A DNA stretch of 64,000 bases from a virus (taxonomy: Duplodnaviria; Heunggongvirae; Uroviricota; Caudoviricetes). The stretch lies in the IMG/VR virus record IMGVR_UViG_3300025898_000004, positions 30,452 through 94,451 of that record, one strand, 5' to 3'. Shown here piece by piece: positions 1 through 7,763 of the stretch. The position numbers and the translations under genes were made by a program. The notes under the pieces are model-generated. The model was not told the DNA's origin, did no database searches, and saw only the letters and a list, made by a program, of their open reading frames with translations. Positions within the stretch are counted from its first letter, which is position 1. The number at the start of each line of letters is the position of its first letter.

Positions 1-87
1 CATAGCAAAGCCACCCGCATGGTTCCCCCCGGATCCGCGTTCGTCGTCACGGAAATCACCCTCGGCGAGAAGTAGAAAGGCGCTCCA

Positions 88-270
88 ATGAGAGTAGATG
101 ACTTTGACATCGATGATGAGGTTCTGTACATCAACGGCGACCCTGGAATCAAAGGGAACATCGCCAACGTGATCGGATTCCCCGAGAACGGCGAAGAGGT
201 CACCATTCAGTTCCGCGACGGCGAGATCATGGACGTGGAACCCGGCGAGATCACCCACTACGAAGGGTGA
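88..270 (+). CDS. hypothetical small protein (60 aa)
   Basis: ORF track; ATG with upstream purine-rich 'gaaaggcg'; high GC3; small beta-rich-looking protein. Confidence 0.45.
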   Translation: MRVDDFDIDDEVLYINGDPGIKGNIANVIGFPENGEEVTIQFRDGEIMDVEPGEITHYEG

Positions 271-319
271 CCCGCGTGTGTCATCCTCCTTGTGACAGCA
301 ACACAGGGAGGATGACACC

Positions 320-499
320 GTGAACGAGTCGGATACCCCACGCATGTGGGACGTGGTGGCGTTCAACGACGGGGACGTGGAGAGGCGCGGCCGTGTCGTT
401 GGCAAATCGGATGATGGGACGTTGACCGTGATGGGATCAAGCAACCAGGGATTCCGGGTCAGCTCCGACGATGCGACCGTGATTGCCCGGCCAGCATGA
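320..499 (+). CDS. hypothetical small protein (59 aa, GTG start)
   Basis: Manual read. GTG preceded by 'cagggaggatgacacc'; same RBS style as 1914 and 2346 genes; below ORF-track size cutoff; G-D-rich pattern resembles the 88..270 product. Confidence 0.35.
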   Translation: MNESDTPRMWDVVAFNDGDVERRGRVVGKSDDGTLTVMGSSNQGFRVSSDDATVIARPA

Positions 500-580
500 G
501 CTAGGAGGGCCGAACGGTTCAGAGGGTTCGACTCCCTCACGGCCCACGCGGAAAGTCCGCCAAGGAGAAATGAGGCACGC

Positions 581-898
581 ATGTTCCATCCTCGCTGTGT
601 CGCGTGTGCGAGCGCGCGTAATGCCGGCTACGACGGATGCGCCACGCACAACAGGGCGCGGGTGCGCTATGTGCGCCCGACCACGACCGTTGTGGTGACG
701 GACTCACACCGCCATTGCGATTACGACGATCCGGCCGTTGGCGTGGATGTGGCCACGGGTGACGCGGTGCTGAACCTGGGGGGTGGCTTGGGCGTCGACA
801 TGCGCACGGGCGACCTGGAGATGAACGTGGGCGGTGGCGCGTACGTGGATGTGGACCCGTCGCCGTCGGGTGGTGACTGGGGCGATTCATCCTGGTGA
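581..898 (+). CDS. hypothetical protein (105 aa), Gly/Asp-rich C-terminus
   Basis: ORF track; AAGGAG 15 nt upstream of ATG; high GC3. Confidence 0.4.
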   Translation: MFHPRCVACASARNAGYDGCATHNRARVRYVRPTTTVVVTDSHRHCDYDDPAVGVDVATGDAVLNLGGGLGVDMRTGDLEMNVGGGAYVDVDPSPSGGDWGDSSW

Positions 899-1007
899 TC
901 TGATGGGTGGTGGTGTTGTGACCGGCACCGCCACCCAACAGTTTGACGAACCATGATTCCTTGGGTAATGTTATTGACACCAAGGGGAATCGACCGAATG
1001 GGGAAGC

Positions 1008-1184
1008 ATGGCCGATCAACGTTATCCAGCAAAACGGATGTGCTACGTTCGAGGGTGCAAAGGCTACGCCACCACATGGATTGAGCGAAGCGAATTCTAC
1101 CAAGGACAACACCGCTCCGTAGAGGCCAAGGTATGTGATACGCACGCCAAGACCTACACCAAGGCGGCCAATCAGAATGACTAA
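1008..1184 (+). CDS. hypothetical small Cys/His protein (58 aa, possible zinc ribbon: CxxxxC...CxxH)
   Basis: Manual read of frame. Stop overlaps ATG of next gene (ATGACTAA), suggesting translational coupling. Confidence 0.35.
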   Translation: MADQRYPAKRMCYVRGCKGYATTWIERSEFYQGQHRSVEAKVCDTHAKTYTKAANQND

Positions 1185-1410
1185 TTCCAGGGCCAGCGCA
1201 ACCGTCATTGTCCGAAACGGCAACTACATCGTCACCCAAAGGTATGGACGTCGGAAGTCCGTATTCGAGGTGACGCCAGGTGGCGTGATCAGCGACAAGT
1301 CCGGTGAGCCTGTGTTGAGTAGCGACGTCGTTGTGGTCAAGTCCGCGTTCATCCTGAACGGATTGTCTGAGATGGCCGGTCGCGTTCAGCGTTGGTGGGA
1401 TGGTCGCTAA
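1177..1410 (+). CDS. hypothetical protein; C-terminal motif AGRVQRWW shared with the 2608..2883 product
   Basis: ORF track frame 1135..1410; internal ATG at 1177 overlaps the upstream stop; paralogue motif. Confidence 0.45.
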   Translation: MTNSRASATVIVRNGNYIVTQRYGRRKSVFEVTPGGVISDKSGEPVLSSDVVVVKSAFILNGLSEMAGRVQRWWDGR

Positions 1411-1583
1411 TGGCTTTTCCTGATTTGGGGGACACGGTGACTGTGGTCACCGCTGCTGGTCAGAAGATCACGGGCACGATGACGATAATCCGGCTCACAA
1501 CGCAACAGGCGTGGTTGGCCACCAGCCCTAGTGAAGGTCACTGGGTGCCGCTGGAATTGATCCGGAAGAAGTACGGCAAGTGA
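1410..1583 (+). CDS. hypothetical protein
   Basis: ATG overlapping upstream stop (TAATG); ORF track frame 1392..1583. Confidence 0.4.
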   Translation: MAFPDLGDTVTVVTAAGQKITGTMTIIRLTTQQAWLATSPSEGHWVPLELIRKKYGK

Positions 1584-1633
1584 CAAAATACCCCCGGGCA
1601 GTCCGGGGGTATTCTTATACCAAGGGGATTGTG

Positions 1634-1837
1634 ATGACGTTTTTTGATTGTGATGGCACTTTGTTTTCGGTGGGTGACAAGGTGTCCGCCCGCGCGAATC
1701 ATTATGGCATTCCGGTAGGTATTCCGGGTGTGGTGAAGGCGGCGGCAAGTAGAGGTCGCGTGCGTGTGGAGTTCCTAGTGGACAGTGTGCCCTGGGTGCG
1801 TGTGGTGTCGCCGTCGATGTTGCGGAAGCAAGGCTAG
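1634..1837 (+). CDS. hypothetical protein
   Basis: Internal ATG of ORF 1580..1837 with upstream 'caaggggattgtg'. Confidence 0.4.
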   Translation: MTFFDCDGTLFSVGDKVSARANHYGIPVGIPGVVKAAASRGRVRVEFLVDSVPWVRVVSPSMLRKQG

Positions 1838-1845
1838 CAAACGAG

Positions 1846-1874
1846 TTGACATCCCGCGCATGACTGGCTAGAGT
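1846..1874 (+). promoter_or_regulatory. sigma70-like promoter (TTGACA-17-TAGAGT) inside the conserved 'GTTGACATCCCGCG' motif
   Basis: Seen directly: ttgaca at 1846-1851, 17-nt spacer, tagagt at 1869-1874; about 40 nt upstream of gene 1914. Confidence 0.55.
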
Positions 1875-1913
1875 GGTTCCTGTCAGTCAGGCACCAACGC
1901 CAGGGAGCACACC

Positions 1914-2252
1914 ATGACCACCATCACCGGCCGCATCCACCACCACCACGGCGCGTTCATGTCCGAGCTTCGCTCTCTGGGCTTCAAGACGCAGTCCCGC
2001 ACCGTGGCTGGCGGCTACCTCGCTCACGCGGCCGTGCTCAACCAGGGCACCCGACGCACCATCGTGCTCCCGCCGTCCGACGCGCACCCGGGCGCGATTC
2101 TGGACTACTACGGGGACCGCAAGGGCCTTGACGCCAAGTGGGCGATTCCGGCCGGGTGCTTCTCGGACACGGTGCGGGACGTGCTGTCTGGTGTCGAGGT
2201 GATGCGGATGCACGGTCCGGATTGCGTGTGCGTGCATCCGGACGCCTGGTAA
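1914..2252 (+). CDS. hypothetical protein (112 aa)
   Basis: ORF track; RBS 'cagggagcacacc' before ATG; follows promoter 1846..1874. Confidence 0.55.
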   Translation: MTTITGRIHHHHGAFMSELRSLGFKTQSRTVAGGYLAHAAVLNQGTRRTIVLPPSDAHPGAILDYYGDRKGLDAKWAIPAGCFSDTVRDVLSGVEVMRMHGPDCVCVHPDAW

Positions 2253-2260
2253 TGTCACCC

Positions 2261-2296
2261 GATCGGGGGATGTCAAACAGTTGACATCCCCCGATC
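2261..2296. repeat. perfect 16-bp inverted repeat gatcgggggatgtcaa/ttgacatcccccgatc with 4-bp spacer; each arm carries a TTGACA
   Basis: Seen directly; right arm is the -35 of promoter 2281..2309. Confidence 0.7.
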
Positions 2297-2309
2297 AGAA
2301 GGTTATTCT
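2281..2309 (+). promoter_or_regulatory. sigma70-like promoter (TTGACA-17-TATTCT)
   Basis: ttgaca 2281-2286, 17-nt spacer, tattct 2304-2309; 37 nt upstream of GTG 2346. Confidence 0.5.
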
Positions 2310-2345
2310 TTAACCACAACAGCACGACACACCAGGGAGCACGCC

Positions 2346-2627
2346 GTGGACCTCTACACCCGCACCGAAGCCGCCCGCATCCTCGACTCCGTCATCCCGA
2401 ACGACGCCATCGAGATCAACGACCCGACCGATGAGAACCGCCTCATCGGCTACGTCTGGACCGACACCAGCGGCGAGAGCGTCCACCCCATCCGCCTTTA
2501 CACCCCGTACCACCCGGCCACGATCAGCGTCCGCGACAGCGTGGAGGAGGCCACCCGCTACGTGGTCCGCGTGTTCAACACCTTCGGCGGCAACCGGACC
2601 CACCTGGATGACCCGACGCTTCTCTGA
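2346..2627 (+). CDS. hypothetical protein (93 aa)
   Basis: ORF track; RBS 'accagggagcacgcc' then GTG. Confidence 0.55.
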   Translation: MDLYTRTEAARILDSVIPNDAIEINDPTDENRLIGYVWTDTSGESVHPIRLYTPYHPATISVRDSVEEATRYVVRVFNTFGGNRTHLDDPTLL

Positions 2628-2883
2628 CAAGCGCCCGGAAGACGGCCTCTACCCAATCGGGTGGAAGCCGTTCTACGTTGCCGGCATGGCGGATGTGACG
2701 ATTCGGATTCAGGGTCACCGGGCCGGTGTGCTCACCGTGGCCCGGTCAGGTGCGCTTACCCGAGACACCGGGCCGGTGGATGAGCAGGACGTGACGTCCG
2801 CTGTGCGTGCCTTGACCGACACCGGCCGGCACGAGCTTGCTGGGCGCGTTCAAGGCTGGTGGTGGACGTTCGGCGCGGCGTGA
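2608..2883 (+). CDS. hypothetical protein; C-terminus ...AGRVQGWWW is paralogous to the 1177..1410 product
   Basis: In-frame ATG within ORF 2431..2883; shared C-terminal motif; start uncertain (alternative ATG 2686). Confidence 0.4.
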   Translation: MTRRFSDKRPEDGLYPIGWKPFYVAGMADVTIRIQGHRAGVLTVARSGALTRDTGPVDEQDVTSAVRALTDTGRHELAGRVQGWWWTFGAA

Positions 2884-2945
2884 TCGCTGTTTCGGTGCCG
2901 CCGAACAGCGAATGGCCCCCAGGATGATCCTGAGGGCCGTTCTGG

Positions 2946-3122
2946 TCACCGGTCGCGGAGCTGGGCGGCAATGTCCGCCTTGGCCTCGCGCCGTTCGCGA
3001 CGGTGGGTTGTCACCTTCACCTTGTGAACCTTGCCGGCGCGCTGGTAGGGGCACATGATGTGACGCCACTTGCTGTAGGCGTCTTTTTCGTCAGCGGTGA
3101 CGGTACGGCGACGTTCGATCAT
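2946..3122 (-). CDS. hypothetical small basic protein (58 aa)
   Basis: Manual read of minus strand (below ORF-track cutoff); ATG at 3122 preceded by 'aaggac'; downstream of 3223..3411 in the same transcription direction. Confidence 0.35.
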   Translation of the reverse strand: MIERRRTVTADEKDAYSKWRHIMCPYQRAGKVHKVKVTTHRRERREAKADIAAQLRDR

Positions 3123-3222
3123 GGAATTTGTCCTTACCTAGTCCGATGGGGCTAGGTGTGAGGCTTGCGCCCCATTCGCGTCACCCCCATGGGTTCGTTC
3201 GGAGTCGCGGGAAGTGTACTGC

Positions 3223-3411
3223 CTACAGCTTGCGGATGATGTCGGCAATGGGAACGGTGATGGCTCCGACTCCCTTGACTTCGATGACGGCTTTTTGGGA
3301 TTTGAATTGGAAGCCGATGATGTTGCCTTCGAGGGTGGATGGCTTGGTGTTGCCGGGGGCGGTGTAGATGAAGCGGACCTTGTCGTCCTTTTCGATCTTG
3401 GGTGCCGGCAT
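3223..3411 (-). CDS. hypothetical protein (62 aa)
   Basis: ORF track; strong RBS 'caccaaggaggacacaacaca' before ATG; promoter 3448..3476 upstream. Confidence 0.55.
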   Translation of the reverse strand: MPAPKIEKDDKVRFIYTAPGNTKPSTLEGNIIGFQFKSQKAVIEVKGVGAITVPIADIIRKL

Positions 3412-3447
3412 TGTGTTGTGTCCTCCTTGGTGTTCCTGACATGAACT

Positions 3448-3476
3448 ACATTAGTCGGCTAGGCATGGGATGTCAA
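3448..3476 (-). promoter_or_regulatory. sigma70-like promoter (TTGACA-17-TAATGT) within 'gggatgtcaac' motif
   Basis: Reverse complement of 3448-3476 reads ttgaca + 17 nt + taatgt. Confidence 0.5.
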
Positions 3477-3525
3477 CACCTTGAACAAAGTTGAGCCGAG
3501 CGAGATTCACCCGCCCGGCTCAACT

Positions 3526-3717
3526 TCAGTACGGATATCCGTCAATCTGGACGTAAATCCAATCGGAACTCTTACGCCGAATCACGTTCCGCGCCCACGT
3601 CTCCCGCTGCTCTGGCGTCATCCAGTCCCATCCGACCGGCACTGTAATGGTGTAGACGCGCGACACCTCGGAACCAGTGGCTAGGTAGACGATGTCCACC
3701 TTCTCAGCGTCGCTCAC
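3526..3717 (-). CDS. hypothetical protein (63 aa)
   Basis: ORF track; overlaps stop of upstream gene. Confidence 0.45.
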   Translation of the reverse strand: MSDAEKVDIVYLATGSEVSRVYTITVPVGWDWMTPEQRETWARNVIRRKSSDWIYVQIDGYPY

Positions 3718-3905
3718 CCGCGCCCCAGAAGTTTCACCTCAGTTGCCCCGGCGTGGTGCTTGTTCGCCGTGCATGCCAACCACGCGTCCCGCTCGCCCGC
3801 GCCCATCCGGTCCCAGTCCTCCGGCGCGGTCGCCCAGAACTCCGCCGCCTTGCCGTCCTTCTTGGTGAAACCGATCTGGATCTTGACGCCGTTCTTTCCT
3901 GCCAT
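3714..3905 (-). CDS. hypothetical protein (63 aa)
   Basis: ORF 3714..3971; internal ATG at 3905 avoids overlap with 3913..4083; start uncertain. Confidence 0.35.
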   Translation of the reverse strand: MAGKNGVKIQIGFTKKDGKAAEFWATAPEDWDRMGAGERDAWLACTANKHHAGATEVKLLGRG

Positions 3906-3912
3906 TTCAGAC

Positions 3913-4083
3913 TCACTTCTTAGTGTTGGCCGGGTGTTCCTTGACGGTGAGAATGTGCTTTTTGTAGTCAACCGACTTGACCAGGTAGCACACTTTGTTG
4001 CACCATTGCGGCATTCCGACAGTCAGGGTGACGTGATCCGCCTGACCGATTTCCTGGCCGTTGAGAACGATTTTCCACTTCAT
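3913..4083 (-). CDS. hypothetical protein (56 aa)
   Basis: Manual read; ATGA start/stop overlap with the 4080..4289 gene; below ORF-track cutoff. Confidence 0.35.
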   Translation of the reverse strand: MKWKIVLNGQEIGQADHVTLTVGMPQWCNKVCYLVKSVDYKKHILTVKEHPANTKK

Positions 4084-4289
4084 GATGGCAGCCTCACCAG
4101 TGCGATCGAGTCGGACGGATACACCGTCAATTCAACATCCTTTTCCCCGTCGTCCCGGAACGTCTTCACGCGAAAGGCGTTCAAGGTTTCCCCGTCACCT
4201 ACCTTGGTGTACATGACGTTATTCACTCGAAATCGAGTGCCCACCGGCCAGTCCGCGATGGCGCGGGCGGCGCGGCATGAGGTTTTCAT
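4080..4289 (-). CDS. hypothetical protein (69 aa)
   Basis: ORF track; in a minus-strand string of coupled small genes. Confidence 0.45.
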   Translation of the reverse strand: MKTSCRAARAIADWPVGTRFRVNNVMYTKVGDGETLNAFRVKTFRDDGEKDVELTVYPSDSIALVRLPS

Positions 4290-4298
4290 TCGGGCCTC

Positions 4299-4730
4299 CT
4301 ACAGGCAGTAGTCATCGTGGTCGACTTCGATTCCGTCGGACCACACAAGTCGGGCCTGTTCGCTGACCAGCTTCCCGTCATAGACGCTGTACCGTTCCAC
4401 GTCGCCTTGCTCCTCACCGTGCCGCACCAGGTAGCCGGTGAACGTGTGCGTGCCGCTGAGCGCTTCCACGAACGCGGGAACCGCCGTTTCCAGGGTCTCC
4501 ACGAGCCCGTAGGCGTCGCCGTGCGGATGGAGCGCGACGGCGACGAATTCGGGGCCGCCGTGCGCCGGGGGCTTGGGGGCTCCCGGTACCGGAACGGCGC
4601 GTTCCATGCGGAGTGCGACCGGGTACGGGTAGGATCCGTCGCCCCTGTGCAGCGTGGTCGATTTGTATTCGTCCCACGTGACCGGCGGATCGATGAGGAT
4701 TTCTCCACGCAACTTCTGTTCGTAGGACAT
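4299..4730 (-). CDS. hypothetical protein (143 aa)
   Basis: ORF track; ATGA overlap with upstream gene. Confidence 0.5.
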   Translation of the reverse strand: MSYEQKLRGEILIDPPVTWDEYKSTTLHRGDGSYPYPVALRMERAVPVPGAPKPPAHGGPEFVAVALHPHGDAYGLVETLETAVPAFVEALSGTHTFTGYLVRHGEEQGDVERYSVYDGKLVSEQARLVWSDGIEVDHDDYCL

Positions 4731-4933
4731 CAGTTACCGCCTGCCAACAGGAATTCGTCGCGGAGAAGTTCGGGCTTCCACACTCCGCCGTCGGTGGTGA
4801 AGTGGCATTTGTAGTACCGGGTTTCGGGGTTGTATCCCATGACGCGGCCTACGGGTTGGTTGGTGCCGTATTGGCTGCCCTTGAACTTGATCTTGGTCCC
4901 GTCCGGGACGATCGGTTCAGACTTCTTGCCCAT
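4730..4933 (-). CDS. hypothetical protein (about 67 aa)
   Basis: ORF 4730..4975; ATG at 4933 has RBS 'cacggaggcccg' and lies downstream of the predicted transcription start of promoter 4972..5000. Confidence 0.45.
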   Translation of the reverse strand: MGKKSEPIVPDGTKIKFKGSQYGTNQPVGRVMGYNPETRYYKCHFTTDGGVWKPELLRDEFLLAGGN

Positions 4934-4971
4934 CGGGCCTCCGTGGTGTTCGTTCTGTGCTGACAAGGAGA

Positions 4972-5000
4972 ACACTACCCGACCACACCCGGGGTGTCAA
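4972..5000 (-). promoter_or_regulatory. conserved promoter class (TTGACA-CCCCGGGTGTGGTCGGG-TAGTGT)
   Basis: Reverse complement reads ttgaca, 17-nt spacer ccccgggtgtggtcggg, tagtgt; same architecture at 7391, 5906, 56156, 58113. Confidence 0.55.
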
Positions 5001-5066
5001 CTCCTTTGCTCTGCGCTGTTTGGGGCCTCTGTGTACACTCCGAACACCTGATCAAGGAGGGGACAC

Positions 5067-5336
5067 ATGAGCGACCCATTCGAGCCCGCGCCGGAGCACG
5101 ACGACACCACGGCACCGGAAGCCGCGCCCGCGCCCGCCCCGGAGTCGCCGGCACCGGACACCACGTCAGAGCAGCCAGAGGCACCGGACGCTGAGGCCGC
5201 TAACGAGCCGGAAGGCGACTCCGCGCCAGAAGAAGTGACCTACGCGCCTACCGTCGTCAATTCTCAGGCGCATGAGAAGATCCAGGATGGGGAACGGGCG
5301 CAGGTCGGGCAGACCGTGGATGTTTCTCAGCGCTGA
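5067..5336 (+). CDS. acidic low-complexity protein (89 aa; Pro/Glu/Ala-rich)
   Basis: ORF track; RBS 'caaggaggggacac' before ATG; hairpin terminator follows. Confidence 0.55.
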   Translation: MSDPFEPAPEHDDTTAPEAAPAPAPESPAPDTTSEQPEAPDAEAANEPEGDSAPEEVTYAPTVVNSQAHEKIQDGERAQVGQTVDVSQR

Positions 5337-5340
5337 CCGT

Positions 5341-5395
5341 GACGCATACGAACGGCCCCGGAGCATTCCCCGCTCCGGGGCCGTTCGTATGCGTC
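5341..5395. terminator. 24-bp perfect hairpin (bidirectional terminator) between convergent genes
   Basis: gacgcatacgaacggccccggagc / attcccc / gctccggggccgttcgtatgcgtc seen directly. Confidence 0.7.
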
Positions 5396-5660
5396 ACTCC
5401 GGTTGCTGAAAGCCACGGATGATGTCCTCTGGACGCTCCGGGCCGTCCCACAGTTGGCACGTGCACAGAACCCCGGTCTGGTGGAGTCCTGTGCGGCCTT
5501 GACACTTCCCGGTGCCTCCGGCGTGCATTCCCCGGTAGTGGCCGCAGGTGCACGCGCTGGGGTCGCGCTGGGGGGTGCGTTGGATTTTGGACAGGCGGCC
5601 GGCGGTGAATCCAGCGATGAGTCCAGCGAGAGCAAGGATGATGTCGGTTATTGCGATCAT
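5394..5660 (-). CDS. hypothetical membrane-anchored Cys-rich protein (88 aa)
   Basis: ORF track; N-terminal hydrophobic helix; ATGA coupling with upstream gene. Confidence 0.45.
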   Translation of the reverse strand: MIAITDIILALAGLIAGFTAGRLSKIQRTPQRDPSACTCGHYRGMHAGGTGKCQGRTGLHQTGVLCTCQLWDGPERPEDIIRGFQQPE

Positions 5661-5899
5661 CAGTTGAGTTGTCCTTTGTTGTACGAGTTTTGGGCGTGGT
5701 GCGCCATGGTGCTGGCGATTCTTTTCAGCGTGGCGGAATCGCCCGTGATGCTGGTTCCTCCCTCTTTGACTTGATTGGCGAATTGTAGTGCGATGAAATA
5801 GCTAGCACACTTTTTCACGCTGACGCCATCGATAAAGAATTCGATGGTTTTGTTGGGAACGTCTGTTTCGCTGGTGACTGCCATCCGTTTCCGTGCCAC
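5660..5899 (-). CDS. hypothetical protein (79 aa); start may be GTG 5899 (leaderless) or ATG 5884
   Basis: ORF track; promoter 5906..5935 puts the transcription start at or near the start codon. Confidence 0.45.
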   Translation of the reverse strand: MARKRMAVTSETDVPNKTIEFFIDGVSVKKCASYFIALQFANQVKEGGTSITGDSATLKRIASTMAHHAQNSYNKGQLN

Positions 5900-5905
5900 G
5901 GAAGC

Positions 5906-5935
5906 ACCCTACCCCATACAACCCGGGGATGTCAA
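5906..5935 (-). promoter_or_regulatory. conserved promoter class (TTGACA-TCCCCGGGTTGTATGGGG-TAGGGT)
   Basis: Reverse complement reads ttgaca, 18-nt spacer, tagggt. Confidence 0.5.
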
Positions 5936-5997
5936 ACTTTTGTGAATGTGTCAGATGACGCAGACACCCCAACCCCGGCTTTAGCACGATAGACACC

Positions 5998-6423
5998 ATG
6001 AACAACGACCTCGGAACCCTCTACGCGGCCCTGTACGTCTCTCACCAGCTTGCCGATCACTGGGTGCAGACCAGCTGTCAGGCTGTCGGCAAAGGCGCAG
6101 AAGGCTGGCCCGGCCGCATCGCGTGCGCCAAACACGTAGCCGGCCACATGGTCACCTCCGTCGTGTGCCTGACCATGCTGAACCTGATCGGCGTGCACAT
6201 CTCGCCCGGCGCGATGGCCGCCGGCCTGGCCGTGGTCGCCGTGACGCACTACTGGGCTGATCGGCGCGCACCGCTCAAGAAGTTGGCGACCCGGTTGGGC
6301 AAGAAGCGGTTTTACGAACTGGGCGACCCGACCCAGAGTCTCGGAACGGGCGCGTATGCGCTCGACCAGTCGTTTCATTTCTGGTGGCTGTTCGTCGCCG
6401 CGATTGTGATGCTGATGGTGTGA
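5998..6423 (+). CDS. DUF3307-like membrane protein (motif ADHWVQT; several TM helices)
   Basis: ORF track; 'LADHWVQT' motif recalled as characteristic of DUF3307; hydrophobic segments. Confidence 0.55.
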   Translation: MNNDLGTLYAALYVSHQLADHWVQTSCQAVGKGAEGWPGRIACAKHVAGHMVTSVVCLTMLNLIGVHISPGAMAAGLAVVAVTHYWADRRAPLKKLATRLGKKRFYELGDPTQSLGTGAYALDQSFHFWWLFVAAIVMLMV

Positions 6424-6429
6424 CAATGC

Positions 6430-6464
6430 GACAATCCCCCTGGTGGCACGCCAGGGGGATTGTC
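6430..6464. terminator. 14-bp perfect hairpin terminator (gacaatccccctgg/ccagggggattgtc) followed by gtttgg
   Basis: Seen directly; between convergent genes 5998..6423 and 6498..6728. Confidence 0.65.
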
Positions 6465-6497
6465 GTTTGGGTCTCCCGAAACCCGGGGTGGAGTGTA

Positions 6498-6728
6498 TCA
6501 GCGGCGCTTGCGCTTGCCGTGCGGGGGCCATTCGGCGACGATCCGGCTTCGGACACGGCTGAGTGTGTCGTTGATGAGGGTGACGGATACGCATGAGTTG
6601 GATTCGACAAGCTTTTTCCAGTCATGTCGCGCCATTCCTTCGGACGCGTATTCCTGGTGCCTTTTCTTTCTGCCTTTGTCATCGGGTTCACGGAGACGCC
6701 AACTCAGTACCCATGGTCTTGCGCTCAC
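6498..6728 (-). CDS. hypothetical protein (76 aa, basic C-terminus), GTG start
   Basis: ORF track; RBS 'ggagat' 6 nt before GTG; high GC3 on minus strand. Confidence 0.4.
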   Translation of the reverse strand: MSARPWVLSWRLREPDDKGRKKRHQEYASEGMARHDWKKLVESNSCVSVTLINDTLSRVRSRIVAEWPPHGKRKRR

Positions 6729-6939
6729 TTGATTATCTCCAGAATCTCAACATCTTTTCGACAATTCGGGAGACAAATTCCGCACAAGTCGAGCAGAACA
6801 CCGGGAGGGAATTTGACTCGGGCTATTGCCCGGTTTCCACAGTTTTCTACAACACATACGTTATGCGCATTGAATTTACGCGGCAGGGCGCGGACGCCCT
6901 TCTTGGGGATTTTTACCATATCTCCTCATTGAGATGGAA

Positions 6940-6978
6940 AACCGCGCCCGGGGTTAACCGGGCGCGGTTGGGGTTTTT
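6940..6978. terminator. hairpin aaccgcgcccgg/ccgggcgcggtt followed by GGGGTTTTT
   Basis: Seen directly; 12-bp stem plus T-run; located 3' of minus gene 6992..7357 and at the end of an AT-rich noncoding stretch. Confidence 0.6.
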
Positions 6979-6991
6979 CCGGGGCCGGGAA

Positions 6992-7357
6992 TCAGTCACC
7001 CAGCTTCCAGCTCCTGACCTTGGCCGGTGGAACCCATCCTTCGCTCCTGCGCCGGAGCTTGCTCTTCTGGACGAACTTCTCCTGCTCCTCCGGGTGCATG
7101 GACTCCCATTCCTTGCCCATGGCCCGGATGCACGCTGGCTTCTTGCAGGTGATCGCGTCGTCGGCGATCTTGGCGTTGCAGTTGCCGCACCGGTTTTTCT
7201 TGCTGCCGAACTTCGCGCGTACGGCGTCGGCGCTCTTGCCCCGGAGCGTTTGGCTTTCCGAGGTGGTGGTGGCCCGGTTGACCTTGTCCACCACGTTGGC
7301 GACCTTGTCCATGCCATTGTTGATTTTGTTGATGGCTGCCTTGGTCCTGTTGAACAT
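6992..7357 (-). CDS. hypothetical protein with Cys4 cluster (CGNC...CKKPAC), 121 aa
   Basis: ORF track; RBS 'ggaaagg' 5 nt before ATG; promoter 7391..7419 upstream. Confidence 0.55.
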   Translation of the reverse strand: MFNRTKAAINKINNGMDKVANVVDKVNRATTTSESQTLRGKSADAVRAKFGSKKNRCGNCNAKIADDAITCKKPACIRAMGKEWESMHPEEQEKFVQKSKLRRRSEGWVPPAKVRSWKLGD

Positions 7358-7390
7358 GTCAACCTTTCCGGTTAGGGTCTGATGGAGAGG

Positions 7391-7419
7391 ACTCTACCCG
7401 ACCCCGCCCGGGGTGTCAA
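7391..7419 (-). promoter_or_regulatory. conserved promoter class (TTGACA-CCCCGGGCGGGGTCGGG-TAGAGT)
   Basis: Reverse complement reads ttgaca + 17 + tagagt. Confidence 0.55.
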
Positions 7420-7428
7420 CTCCTTGAA

Positions 7429-7650
7429 TCAGGGCACGAACGGCGGGGGGACCTCGCTCAGCTCCCGGCGCAGGCCACGGGGTGGCTCAGTCGACAACAA
7501 CGACCGGTCGAACAGTCCCAGCATGTCCAGGACCATGCCCGCGTCCGGCCCCTTGCCACAGTGCCGGACGACGGACTTGGCCGCCGCGCGCCGTTTGCCG
7601 TGCTCGTGTTCCGCCATGGATCCGACGGGATCGCGAGGGTCGTAGGTCAT
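7429..7650 (-). CDS. hypothetical protein (73 aa)
   Basis: ORF track; RBS 'aaagga' before ATG; promoter 7675..7701 upstream. Confidence 0.4.
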   Translation of the reverse strand: MTYDPRDPVGSMAEHEHGKRRAAAKSVVRHCGKGPDAGMVLDMLGLFDRSLLSTEPPRGLRRELSEVPPPFVP

Positions 7651-7674
7651 GAGTTTCCTTTCGTCGAAAGGGGC

Positions 7675-7701
7675 AGTCTAACCGAAGATGTATGATTGAT
7701 C
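7675..7701 (-). promoter_or_regulatory. leftward promoter (TTGATC-17-TAGACT) of a divergent pair
   Basis: Reverse complement reads ttgatc + 17 + tagact; mirrors the rightward promoter 7729..7757. Confidence 0.5.
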
Positions 7702-7728
7702 AACTCTTGGTTACGGATCGGCTGATAG

Positions 7729-7757
7729 TTGACTAATCAAACCTTGGCGGTTAGACT
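7729..7757 (+). promoter_or_regulatory. rightward promoter (TTGACT-17-TAGACT); predicted transcription start coincides with ATG 7764
   Basis: ttgact 7729-7734, 17-nt spacer, tagact 7752-7757; the two -10 regions (agtctaaccg / cggttagact) are inverted copies. Confidence 0.55.
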
Positions 7758-7763
7758 CCTTCT

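Noticed and set aside
537-1223. 228-aa minus-strand ORF (and 721..1239)
   Set aside because: Overlaps several plus-strand small genes with RBSs; Pro/Arg-rich low-complexity translation typical of antisense GC-rich DNA.
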